DNA of 55,588 bases from Chitinophagaceae bacterium. Lineage in GTDB: Bacteria > Bacteroidota > Bacteroidia > Chitinophagales > Chitinophagaceae. Every line of letters starts with the position of its first letter. Within the stretch, counting starts at the first letter, position 1. The stretch spans positions 10,473 to 66,060 of the forward strand of contig DOMR01000275.1 in the NCBI GenBank assembly GCA_003509845.1, written 5' to 3'. Below the pieces are notes generated by a model, which was not told where the DNA came from, searched no databases, and saw only the letters and a program-made list of their open reading frames with translations. The position numbers and the translations under genes were made by a program. This document shows positions 1-8,696 of the stretch, one piece after another.

Positions 1-1031
1 GTGATTAAACGCGTTTTATCATCGCCTCTTGAAACCGCTTTTGCACCATATTTATCTTCCGGAAGAACCATCCCATTCACAAGTATTTCTTTATACTTTC
101 TAGTTAAATTAAATATTCTCGCTAGTCTAGGATATTCATCATCTCGCAAAAACCAAGGATTACCATAAATCTCTGGGGCAAGAATTAAATTTCGATTAAA
201 TGCCTGAAGAATCAAATCATCTTCCCAATAATCGAGGCAGGATGAAAGGCAAACACCATGATCCTCCGTTAAACGTTGCAATCCAGGAACCAGCTTTCTG
301 GAAAGTGCTCCAGCCCTGTGATGTGTAGCAGTCTGGTTATTAGTCATATGAACATCAATATAAGTTTCTGCACCACCAAGCAGCCAGGTAGTTGCATGTT
401 TAATCGCTTCAGGGCCAAGATTAATTCGGTGATTAAGTAGGATAAGATTAGGATTATATTTTCTGACGTCGGTCATCATTTTAATAAACGCATCTTGCTT
501 ATCGTTTCTTAAGTCACCGCAAACAGCATCAAATTTAAAAAGTTCGAACCGGTAATCACGGGTAAGGGAAACCATCATATCTTGGCGACGCTTTTCTTCC
601 TCCGGCGTATTTCCAAAACCATCTGGACCACCCCATACACCAAATCGGGTGCCCATTTTTACGGACTTATTTGCCAAGCCCAGTAAACCATTTGGAAACT
701 GCGTTTTAAATTTAGTTGATTGGGTCGACCCGTAATATCCGGCACCATCAATTGCCCCTGCATCAAAAGCATAAATATCCAACACCATGCCATATTCATC
801 ATGTAAATATTGAAAAAAATTAAGGTTGCTCAAGGTTTGTTTTTCAGTGGTCCCTTCATTCGTATTATTGATCCAAGAAAAATACTCCGACCTCGCAGGT
901 GTTTTTTCATTGGCTCCAGGAAATACTTTATTGGATGACTGAGCAAATAAATTATTCACAAAGTGTAAAAGAAAAAAAATAGTCAACCAGGCGCAGTTGA
1001 AAAACTTAGGGCTTATCGATTTTTTTAACAT
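1..1031 (-). CDS. Secreted hypothetical protein, putative clan GH-D (GH27/GH36-like) TIM-barrel glycosidase; 3' end runs off the window
   Basis: Not in the ORF track. Manual translation from ATG at 1031 is open to the window edge: MLKKSISPKFFNCAWLTIFFLLHFVNNLFAQ (signal peptide)...EYFSWINNTNEG...LDIYAFDAGAIDG...QFPNGL...MGTRFGVWGGPDG...FELFKFDAVC...ETYIDVH. The motif order resembles GH36 (xxDDGW, FPxGL, GMKFGLW, KxD nucleophile). Confidence 0.75.
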   Translation of the reverse strand, partial: MLKKSISPKFFNCAWLTIFFLLHFVNNLFAQSSNKVFPGANEKTPARSEYFSWINNTNEGTTEKQTLSNLNFFQYLHDEYGMVLDIYAFDAGAIDGAGYYGSTQSTKFKTQFPNGLLGLANKSVKMGTRFGVWGGPDGFGNTPEEEKRRQDMMVSLTRDYRFELFKFDAVCGDLRNDKQDAFIKMMTDVRKYNPNLILLNHRINLGPEAIKHATTWLLGGAETYIDVHMTNNQTATHHRAGALSRKLVPGLQRLTEDHGVCLSSCLDYWEDDLILQAFNRNLILAPEIYGNPWFLRDDEYPRLARIFNLTRKYKEILVNGMVLPEDKYGAKAVSRGDDKTRLI

Positions 1032-1092
1032 TGGTAATAATTTATTAAGCGTATCATCAAAATTTATTTTCATCGGAGTAATATAAATATAT

Positions 1093-2793
1093 CTATTTTT
1101 CCAATCCCTGTTTTGTAACGATTGGAACAAAACCTATTTCCATTCCTTTCGGAGGAGTAACGATCAAAGCCGGATCTAAATAAGCTAATTTCCCGCTCAT
1201 TGGTGGAGGAAGGTATTCGCGATCTCTTGTCCAATTCCGATGAAGAAGTTCAACACGTCTTTGAATTTCTTCGCGTTCCTTATTACTTAAATTAGCATTA
1301 AGTAAAGCAGGTTGGTCAGCAAATCGATACCAATAATAAGTAAGGGTACTTCCATCCCCCAATTTTACTTTGAAAGGTCCTGCAGCAGGTCCTGGAGTTT
1401 TCCAACTACTTTTTTCCTCTTCAGGCGTAGTATAAACGAGAGAGGTTCTGTCATCTTGAGCCCTACCAAAGCTTACGCTATGAAGACCAGTTTCAGTCGG
1501 TACCTCAGTATCTGCCACTGCAATCCAAGTGCCTATATCGTCATTCCCAGATTTAACCAGTTTATAATATTCAGGAAGTGTAATTACTTCGCCATTTATT
1601 AATTTTCTTCTTTTTATTAAGTCACCTTCCCAACGGACTTTTAAAGTAGCTGAATCAGTTACGTTCGCATCCATGTAAGAAGTAATATTCATTAAGGCAC
1701 GTTTTTCCTTAGGAATGTGATCGCCATAAAATTTCCAGTTGGATCTAACTCCTTTCTCAAACTTTTGCATACTAGCATTCGTCACATCAATAATGCCATC
1801 AGCGGGCTTTCCTCCTTTAAACCAGGCTGCTACATCATCCCATAATGCCTGCTTGTTATACACCATCAGCCGATGAAGCAACTCTGAATTGCCATCAGGT
1901 CCCACAGGGTACTGAGTTGTAGCCATGCGTGCATATATTTGACCTTTGGCATCAGTGGCTTCAGCGGAATGGATATGCTGCGTTTCCATCTGAAATGGTT
2001 TATTCGCTTTGGATGGGCGGGTATCTAAAAACAAGCCACTCAAAAGTGGATTATCAACAGATGCCTCACTCCAAAAATACGGGGTAAAGAATGCAACCGG
2101 ACCTTTGAAATTTCCTGTATTAAGGAACAGGGTCCAGCACTGATTTCCTGTAACAACGTCTTTACCTGATGTTGTAGATTTTGGTTCACTGAGCGGCAAT
2201 GGCAGATAGCCACTACCAAACCATTCACCGGAAGTACCCTGCTTAAGATTCAGCCCATCTGGAGGATACAATAGCCAAGGACTTAGCTGTGCAATACCAT
2301 ATTTTCCTTTGGGTTTGCTCCAGTCCCTTCCCTGGCCGGCACCAGGCCCATTGGCCCATCCGCTAAAATTAAGTTGTACGCCACCCATAATAAATTTAGG
2401 GGTTGCGGTAGCAAATTCTGTATCGCGCCACCAACCAAGACCTCCTTCAATATCAGTATATAATTTTTCTACCGGCAGAGGCCCATCATACGAAGGATGC
2501 ATCCAAGTGCCAAACAAACCGGATTGAAAACTCCTTCCCGGATATTCTTTTATCAAAGGCCAAGCAGCTGCATACATCGAGTAGCCTGCATTAAATGATT
2601 CATTCACTTTTTCAACCTTGGTAATCATGTAACCACCAATATTTCCTTTTTTCAACGACTTATTTACATTCTCCTGTGCCAAAGCAAGCGTGCTAAATAA
2701 ACTAAAAAAAATAGTAGCGATGAGGAATTTTCCTCCGATTATTTTTCTTTTCTCAGAAAAATATGCAGATAATACTATTCGTTCCTTCTTCAT
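1093..2793 (-). CDS. Secreted hypothetical protein of unrecognised family (paralog of 12915..14600)
   Basis: 566-aa ORF with a signal peptide ending ...STLALA/Q. Shares many blocks with the 561-aa ORF: EGGLGxW, GIAQLS, NFKGP, TYxWYRFxDQP, LDPALxVTPPKGMExGxVPIVTxQ. Confidence 0.85.
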   Translation of the reverse strand: MKKERIVLSAYFSEKRKIIGGKFLIATIFFSLFSTLALAQENVNKSLKKGNIGGYMITKVEKVNESFNAGYSMYAAAWPLIKEYPGRSFQSGLFGTWMHPSYDGPLPVEKLYTDIEGGLGWWRDTEFATATPKFIMGGVQLNFSGWANGPGAGQGRDWSKPKGKYGIAQLSPWLLYPPDGLNLKQGTSGEWFGSGYLPLPLSEPKSTTSGKDVVTGNQCWTLFLNTGNFKGPVAFFTPYFWSEASVDNPLLSGLFLDTRPSKANKPFQMETQHIHSAEATDAKGQIYARMATTQYPVGPDGNSELLHRLMVYNKQALWDDVAAWFKGGKPADGIIDVTNASMQKFEKGVRSNWKFYGDHIPKEKRALMNITSYMDANVTDSATLKVRWEGDLIKRRKLINGEVITLPEYYKLVKSGNDDIGTWIAVADTEVPTETGLHSVSFGRAQDDRTSLVYTTPEEEKSSWKTPGPAAGPFKVKLGDGSTLTYYWYRFADQPALLNANLSNKEREEIQRRVELLHRNWTRDREYLPPPMSGKLAYLDPALIVTPPKGMEIGFVPIVTKQGLEK

Positions 2794-2828
2794 TATTTTT
2801 GGTTTTAATTATGTACTATTTAGTAAAA

Positions 2829-4244
2829 CTATTTTACCCTATTAGCCAGCAAAGTATTAATTTTTTTATCGCATTGTAATTGAAACTGATTAATCATTTC
2901 CTTATAAATTTTTTGGGTAGCTAAATTATGCTCTTCTAATGGATCCTTGATCAAATTATAAAGTTCAATGTATTCTGGATGATTAGGATACCTAATAAAC
3001 TTCCATTGCTTCGTTCGAATACATTCACTATTTGGAATTTTTGGCTCAATCATCAAGTGTTCACAAAAAATGGTATCATACCATTTTTTTACAGATCCAT
3101 TTATTAGTGGCAATAAACTTTTGCCATGCATTTGCTTGGGTACAGGGATTCCTGCTAAACTTAAAATAGTAGGAGCAACATCAATGTTTAATACCATTTG
3201 ATCAAATACTTTTTTTGTTGTAGCGGATTTCCTTGGGTCATAAATTATTAATGGCACACGTATCGATACATCATGCATCAGCCATTTATCGGCATATCCC
3301 CTATCACCCAAATAATACCCATTGTCACCCATAAAAATAATAATGGTATTATCAGCGATGCCAAGTTTATTTAATTCATCAGTTATTCGCCCAACAGTTT
3401 GATCAACGGCAGTGATCATACGGTAATACCCTTTAACCATTTGTTGAAATTTATCGGGTGTATCAAACCGCCAATGCCAACGTTCCCTACTCATTGTGCC
3501 TTTTAAAAAATCAGGTAATGAATCGTAAAATTCATTCCTTGCAGTTGCTGGTATCGGCATTTTTACCGAAGCATACATGGAGTCCAAGGAAGCAGGCCAA
3601 AAATATTGTTCTTTAGAATCATCATCTGCGTGAGGAGCACTGAAGCTAAGTGATAAACAAAAGGGTTCTTGTTGAACAGATCCCTGTATAAATTGAATGG
3701 CTTGGTCCCCTTGTAAATCAGTGAGGTATTTTTTCTTTCCGCCCACCTCTTTCCAATAAGGAAATCCATTTACATTTTTTGATGAAAAAATACTATCAAT
3801 AGAAGTTGCTAATTTAACGCCAAATTTTCCGACAAACCCGGTACGATAACCTGCATTTTTTAAAAGATATGGATAACTTATATCCATATACGCTTTATTT
3901 AGCGGGGGTTTACTAAAAGTAAAATCATGTGTTCGCTCAAATAGGCCAGTTAATATACTTGCTCTGCTAGCAGCACAAATGGGGGTTGTAACAAATGTAT
4001 GCGTAAACCGAACCCCTTTCTTAGCAATATTGTCAATATTAGGTGTTACTATAATGGGGTTACCTGCAATGCCTAACATATCCCATCTTTGATCATCGGT
4101 AAGAATGAAAATAATATTAGGCCGATTTGTGTTATTTATTTTTTTCTGTTGACCCCTTGAAAATTGACAAAAGAATAAAATAATAAATAGTGCTAAAAAA
4201 GCATATTTGAATTTAGGGAAATACCCTTTTAGTAATTTTTTCAT
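2829..4244 (-). CDS. Sulfatase, S1 family (Cys-type)
   Basis: RPNIIFILTDDQR, CAASRASILTG (CxxxR formylglycine motif), GYRTGFVGKF, GDNG. The start overlaps the upstream stop (TAATG). Confidence 0.93.
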   Translation of the reverse strand: MKKLLKGYFPKFKYAFLALFIILFFCQFSRGQQKKINNTNRPNIIFILTDDQRWDMLGIAGNPIIVTPNIDNIAKKGVRFTHTFVTTPICAASRASILTGLFERTHDFTFSKPPLNKAYMDISYPYLLKNAGYRTGFVGKFGVKLATSIDSIFSSKNVNGFPYWKEVGGKKKYLTDLQGDQAIQFIQGSVQQEPFCLSLSFSAPHADDDSKEQYFWPASLDSMYASVKMPIPATARNEFYDSLPDFLKGTMSRERWHWRFDTPDKFQQMVKGYYRMITAVDQTVGRITDELNKLGIADNTIIIFMGDNGYYLGDRGYADKWLMHDVSIRVPLIIYDPRKSATTKKVFDQMVLNIDVAPTILSLAGIPVPKQMHGKSLLPLINGSVKKWYDTIFCEHLMIEPKIPNSECIRTKQWKFIRYPNHPEYIELYNLIKDPLEEHNLATQKIYKEMINQFQLQCDKKINTLLANRVK

Positions 4245-6436
4245 TATTTAATATTATAAACACTTAACTCATAAATGGACCAATGGTATAAAGGATCAGT
4301 GCCATTTTGTTTCACTCTGATATATCTAGCGCGCTGTAGCGGAAATTTAATTTCAGTAATACCTAAAGTTCCTGATCCAGTGGCTATTGGGGTACTCCAA
4401 TTTTTTCCATTATTAGAAACCTCTACTGAATAATTGTTGGGTGAATCCCATAAAGCCCAGGTATTATCTAACTCAATTTTATTGAATTGTACCAGTTGTT
4501 TCATATCAAGTTCAAACCACTGCCCTTTATATTGCTTTTGCGTCATATCGCGCCAACCAGTCCAATGATCACCATCAATGGCATTATTGGCGGGAACTGG
4601 TATTGGAATTTTATCACCCGAAAACATAAATAGGCTATCATTAACTGATGCGCTTGCAGTCCAATTATTTTTATTAATTGGAATAGCTGGTATACTATTT
4701 TTAGCCGGAATTTTTGGAGAATTTATTGGTAACAGTCCGCTTGCTAAAAATTGCCAGTCGCCCGCATTGGTTTCAAACATGATATAATTTTCATCGGCGC
4801 CATAAAAGCGAACCCCATTTACCTGGTTTATAAATTGTTTATTCCATATTAACTTTCCATTGACGCTGATGGTTTGAAGTTTGGTAAAAGAGGCCTTTGG
4901 AATCCCCACGATCGATTTACTAAGTTCAGGGACATGAACGCTAAGAGAATAATTATTCGTTGTTTTAATAATACTTACGGATACATCTCCAATAATAGCA
5001 GGGACAACCACTTTTATAGTGCGTAGAAAACCTTCCTTAGGTAAAACCTGAAATGTTTTCCATCCTGCTTCAATAGGCGAAATGCCCGCAATAGTTTGTG
5101 AAAGGTTGATGACTGGTGGATTCCAACCATGATTCAATGATGACCCTTCATCAAAAGCATCAATTCTAGAAGCCCACCAACGATCGTAATGCTCCCATAG
5201 TGTAGAAAAACTAGCAGGGATCATGGTTTTGTATCTATTGTACATTCTTAACAATGCATACTCCTGTTTACCAATAGTACAAAGCGCTTCAAAAACCCAT
5301 CTATCAAAAAAACAACTGGAGTAGGTTTTTTTAGTTAAAACAAATTCATAAATAGCATTCCACTTCGTTCGATCCGCTAAGCCGGCATTTATTGCCATCG
5401 CGTTTGCACGATCATCCGGTTCATTCACCTGATCAGACATATAAAAATTACCTTTCCAATATTTTTTATCAAAATCATTTTTTATACTATCCATTTTTAA
5501 ATTAATGATTAGGGTGTCAGCTAAATTGCCTGTCACCAAGGCCATCTTTTTTAGCGCGCCTAAATCTATATACATGAAACATTTTTCAATAATGGCTATA
5601 TCTTTATTTTCTTTACCCCAATCAAACCACTGATTTTTTTTACCGAACTTATAGGTATTAAATAAAAAGTTTTTAGTTGCTGGATATACCGTTTTGATGG
5701 AAGCAAGATCACCAGTTTGTAAATAATAATACCATAACCCATATTCTCCTAAAAATTCCAACTGTTGTCCGGGATAAAATTTAGGATCTAAAGGGCGTAA
5801 AACCAATTCCTTCGCAAGTTGATGCGCATTGGAATCGAACGCATAAAAACATTGATTTAACTCTGGGGTTCCGTCGCCCCAAAAGCCCACGCGCTCTCTA
5901 TCAGGACAGTCATAAAACCAATCGCGCATACACAAGTAAGCGGTTCTTGCTCCTTTATTCCAAAGTATATTATAATCATTATCGTTACACTCAAATGATC
6001 CTACAAATTTAGTGTCATAACCTGTTTCGCGATATTGTACCGATTTAACCACTGCACCTGCTGGTATGGTATAAATAGCGCCTTCACCGCTCACCCAGTT
6101 TTTTGCCTCATATATTTCCGACTGCTTATTTGCAACAAAACTTTCAGTTTTGGTTAAATAAAGTACCAGTGGATTACTTGAATTTAAATGAATTGTTTTC
6201 CCTTCCGCATTTTCAATTTCTATTAAAGGTTGAAAATGACAATTATAAGGTAATTTTCCCACCAATTTCCAAGGAACCGTATCACTATGAGGAAGTGTTT
6301 TATTAAGTGAAACATACTTTTTTAAACCATAGTCCTTAATCGCAGGATGTGAAAAGGTTTTGTTTTTTTGTGCATACCCTATTAAGTGTACAAAAAAAAG
6401 AAGCATTGCAACAGGAAATATTTTTTTTAAAGACAT
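4244..6436 (-). CDS. GH78-like (alpha-L-rhamnosidase-type) glycoside hydrolase with C-terminal F5/8 type C (CBM32-like) domain
   Basis: DCPDRERVGFWGD, STLWEH and SLNHGW motifs of the GH78 (alpha/alpha)6 barrel. The C-terminal WTASAS...NAIDGD...QWFELDM...ARYIRV...WSIYEL is a discoidin domain. Confidence 0.8.
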   Translation of the reverse strand: MSLKKIFPVAMLLFFVHLIGYAQKNKTFSHPAIKDYGLKKYVSLNKTLPHSDTVPWKLVGKLPYNCHFQPLIEIENAEGKTIHLNSSNPLVLYLTKTESFVANKQSEIYEAKNWVSGEGAIYTIPAGAVVKSVQYRETGYDTKFVGSFECNDNDYNILWNKGARTAYLCMRDWFYDCPDRERVGFWGDGTPELNQCFYAFDSNAHQLAKELVLRPLDPKFYPGQQLEFLGEYGLWYYYLQTGDLASIKTVYPATKNFLFNTYKFGKKNQWFDWGKENKDIAIIEKCFMYIDLGALKKMALVTGNLADTLIINLKMDSIKNDFDKKYWKGNFYMSDQVNEPDDRANAMAINAGLADRTKWNAIYEFVLTKKTYSSCFFDRWVFEALCTIGKQEYALLRMYNRYKTMIPASFSTLWEHYDRWWASRIDAFDEGSSLNHGWNPPVINLSQTIAGISPIEAGWKTFQVLPKEGFLRTIKVVVPAIIGDVSVSIIKTTNNYSLSVHVPELSKSIVGIPKASFTKLQTISVNGKLIWNKQFINQVNGVRFYGADENYIMFETNAGDWQFLASGLLPINSPKIPAKNSIPAIPINKNNWTASASVNDSLFMFSGDKIPIPVPANNAIDGDHWTGWRDMTQKQYKGQWFELDMKQLVQFNKIELDNTWALWDSPNNYSVEVSNNGKNWSTPIATGSGTLGITEIKFPLQRARYIRVKQNGTDPLYHWSIYELSVYNIK

Positions 6437-6453
6437 AAAAAAGTTTTAAATAA

Positions 6454-8688
6454 TTATAAGTTATCCGCCCAAAATTTTTCCATGCTACGCCTAAGATGCA
6501 ATGAAGTATTAGACCTTTCATTAATGCTATGTGAACGCATAGGATATGACATCATATAAAAAAGTTTGTTATTTTTAATTAATTCATTTGCTAACATTTC
6601 AAAGCTTTGATAATGAACATTGTCATCCCCAGTTCCGTGGATGATCATTAATTTTCCTTGTAAATTTTTAGCATAGTTGATAGGTGAGCCCTCTTTATAT
6701 CCTTTCGCATTATCATTCAATAATCCCATGTATCTTTCTTGGTAAGTAGCGTCATAAAGTTTCTGATCTGAAACAAAAGCAACAGCTAGGCCAGTTTTAT
6801 AAATTCCTGGATAACGAAACATGCAATTGAGCGTCATTTGACCTCCTCCACTCCATCCCCAGATACCCACTCTCGAAGAATCTATAAATGGGAACATACT
6901 AAATATTTTAAGCGCCGCCTTACTTTGATCCTCTGAAGCTAAAATTCCAATCTGCCGATAAATTGAATTACGCCATTCTTTCCCACGGGGTGATTTAGTT
7001 CCTCGATTATCTATGCTGATTACAATATAACCTCGCTGAGCCATATATTGATGCCACAGGTCGCCTCCTTCCCAGGCATCCTGAACAGTAGCTCCAGCGG
7101 GCTCTCCATATACATAAAAAAGCAAAGGGTATTTTTTAGCAGGGTTAAAACCAATTGGTTTTATCATGTATGCATCCAGCTCCAAATCGCCAATATCTAC
7201 TTTAAAAAACTGTTTTTTGTTTAGCCCAAGTAACTCATATTTTTCTTTCACCTCATGGTTATCTTCCAACTTTCGTATTTCTTTATGACTAGGCAAACTT
7301 ATCAGAGATATCGTCGGAGGGGTTGCCACATTTTGGAATGTTTGAATGGCCCATTTTGCATCAGCCGACATTTGATAGTTACTTTGTCCCTCCATTTTTT
7401 CAGGTGTCACTTGTTCAACCAATCCCAATCCATCTAATCGACTTCTAAAAAGATACCGCTGGGTATAATTTTTAGGAGAAGCAATATAATATACATAGCC
7501 ATTACTTGGATCAATACAACTAACCTGTAACACATCAAAATTTCCTTTTGTAATTAACTTAATTTCCTTTCCATCTCTTGAAACCCTATATAAATGTCGC
7601 CATCCATCTCTTTCACTGGTCCAAGTGAAGTATTTTTCATTTTCGAGCCAACGAGTATCATCATGTAAGTCAAGAAATGACTTATCTGTTTCTGTCATGA
7701 TATTTTTAACAAGCATTGATTTGATATCACCCATCCATATTTTATTTGTATTCTGAAGTCTATTAAGTTGCTGAACCATTATTTCGTTCGATGCAGGAAT
7801 AAAATCCATTCTGGCCAAATAGTTATTTTGCGGATCACCAGGTATATCAAACCATTTTGTTTCCCCACCGCTTGCAGCTACTACGCCTATCTTAACGGAA
7901 GATAAGGTGGTACCCACTTTGGGATAAGGAAATGGAATAGGCTGTGAATAAATGGAATCTACATTGTTTATCAAATAAAAAGTTCCAATAGCTTTCGTAT
8001 TAAACTGCCAGTAAGCTATATTTTTACCATCGGGGCTCCAACGGAAACCGTCTCTGCAATCCAATTCTTCTTCGTAAACCCAGTCGAATGTTCCATTAAT
8101 AATATCGCCTCCTCCATCATGGGTAATTTGAATTACTTTATTGGATACAAGGTCTTCCACATATACATTCATTTTACTCACATATCCCACCCTTGTTGCA
8201 TCTGGAGAAAATTTAGCAAACATCAGCGTGCTACGCTCCATAGATTTCCCTAATTGCTTCAGGCTTCCTGTTGCAAGATCCAGTACCCAGTAATCCCCTC
8301 GGGTGTTGTACCGCCAAACTTTTTTAGTATTTGTAAAGATTAATAACTTACTGTCATCCTCTGACCAATTGTAGTCAGCAATCATCAAAGGCTTAGATTG
8401 TCCAGCAGGCGTAAGTTGCTTTGCAGAAACCAATAAGGTCCTTTGGCCAGATTGAGCATCATAGCGTACAATATCTTTACCCCCTAAATTTGTATTTGCT
8501 TCTAAAGTGGAATATCCATTGTTATCTTTCATCCACCGAACGGGTCCAAAACTTTTTTGGCTATACTTATTATTAGTATAAATATCCTCAAGAGTTAAAA
8601 TGCCCTTTTTCTCCTGCGCAGAAGAAATCAGAGAGAAAATAATTCCAATAAAAAGGAATGAATTTTTTAAGGGGTTTAGCATATTCAA
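6454..8688 (-). CDS. S9 family dipeptidyl-peptidase IV-like serine peptidase
   Basis: NGTFDWVYEEE propeller motif, GIWGWSGGG nucleophile elbow, HGTGDDNVH (Asp), RSHSI (His); signal peptide. Confidence 0.92.
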   Translation of the reverse strand: MNMLNPLKNSFLFIGIIFSLISSAQEKKGILTLEDIYTNNKYSQKSFGPVRWMKDNNGYSTLEANTNLGGKDIVRYDAQSGQRTLLVSAKQLTPAGQSKPLMIADYNWSEDDSKLLIFTNTKKVWRYNTRGDYWVLDLATGSLKQLGKSMERSTLMFAKFSPDATRVGYVSKMNVYVEDLVSNKVIQITHDGGGDIINGTFDWVYEEELDCRDGFRWSPDGKNIAYWQFNTKAIGTFYLINNVDSIYSQPIPFPYPKVGTTLSSVKIGVVAASGGETKWFDIPGDPQNNYLARMDFIPASNEIMVQQLNRLQNTNKIWMGDIKSMLVKNIMTETDKSFLDLHDDTRWLENEKYFTWTSERDGWRHLYRVSRDGKEIKLITKGNFDVLQVSCIDPSNGYVYYIASPKNYTQRYLFRSRLDGLGLVEQVTPEKMEGQSNYQMSADAKWAIQTFQNVATPPTISLISLPSHKEIRKLEDNHEVKEKYELLGLNKKQFFKVDIGDLELDAYMIKPIGFNPAKKYPLLFYVYGEPAGATVQDAWEGGDLWHQYMAQRGYIVISIDNRGTKSPRGKEWRNSIYRQIGILASEDQSKAALKIFSMFPFIDSSRVGIWGWSGGGQMTLNCMFRYPGIYKTGLAVAFVSDQKLYDATYQERYMGLLNDNAKGYKEGSPINYAKNLQGKLMIIHGTGDDNVHYQSFEMLANELIKNNKLFYMMSYPMRSHSINERSNTSLHLRRSMEKFWADNL

Positions 8689-8696
8689 TTGTTTTA

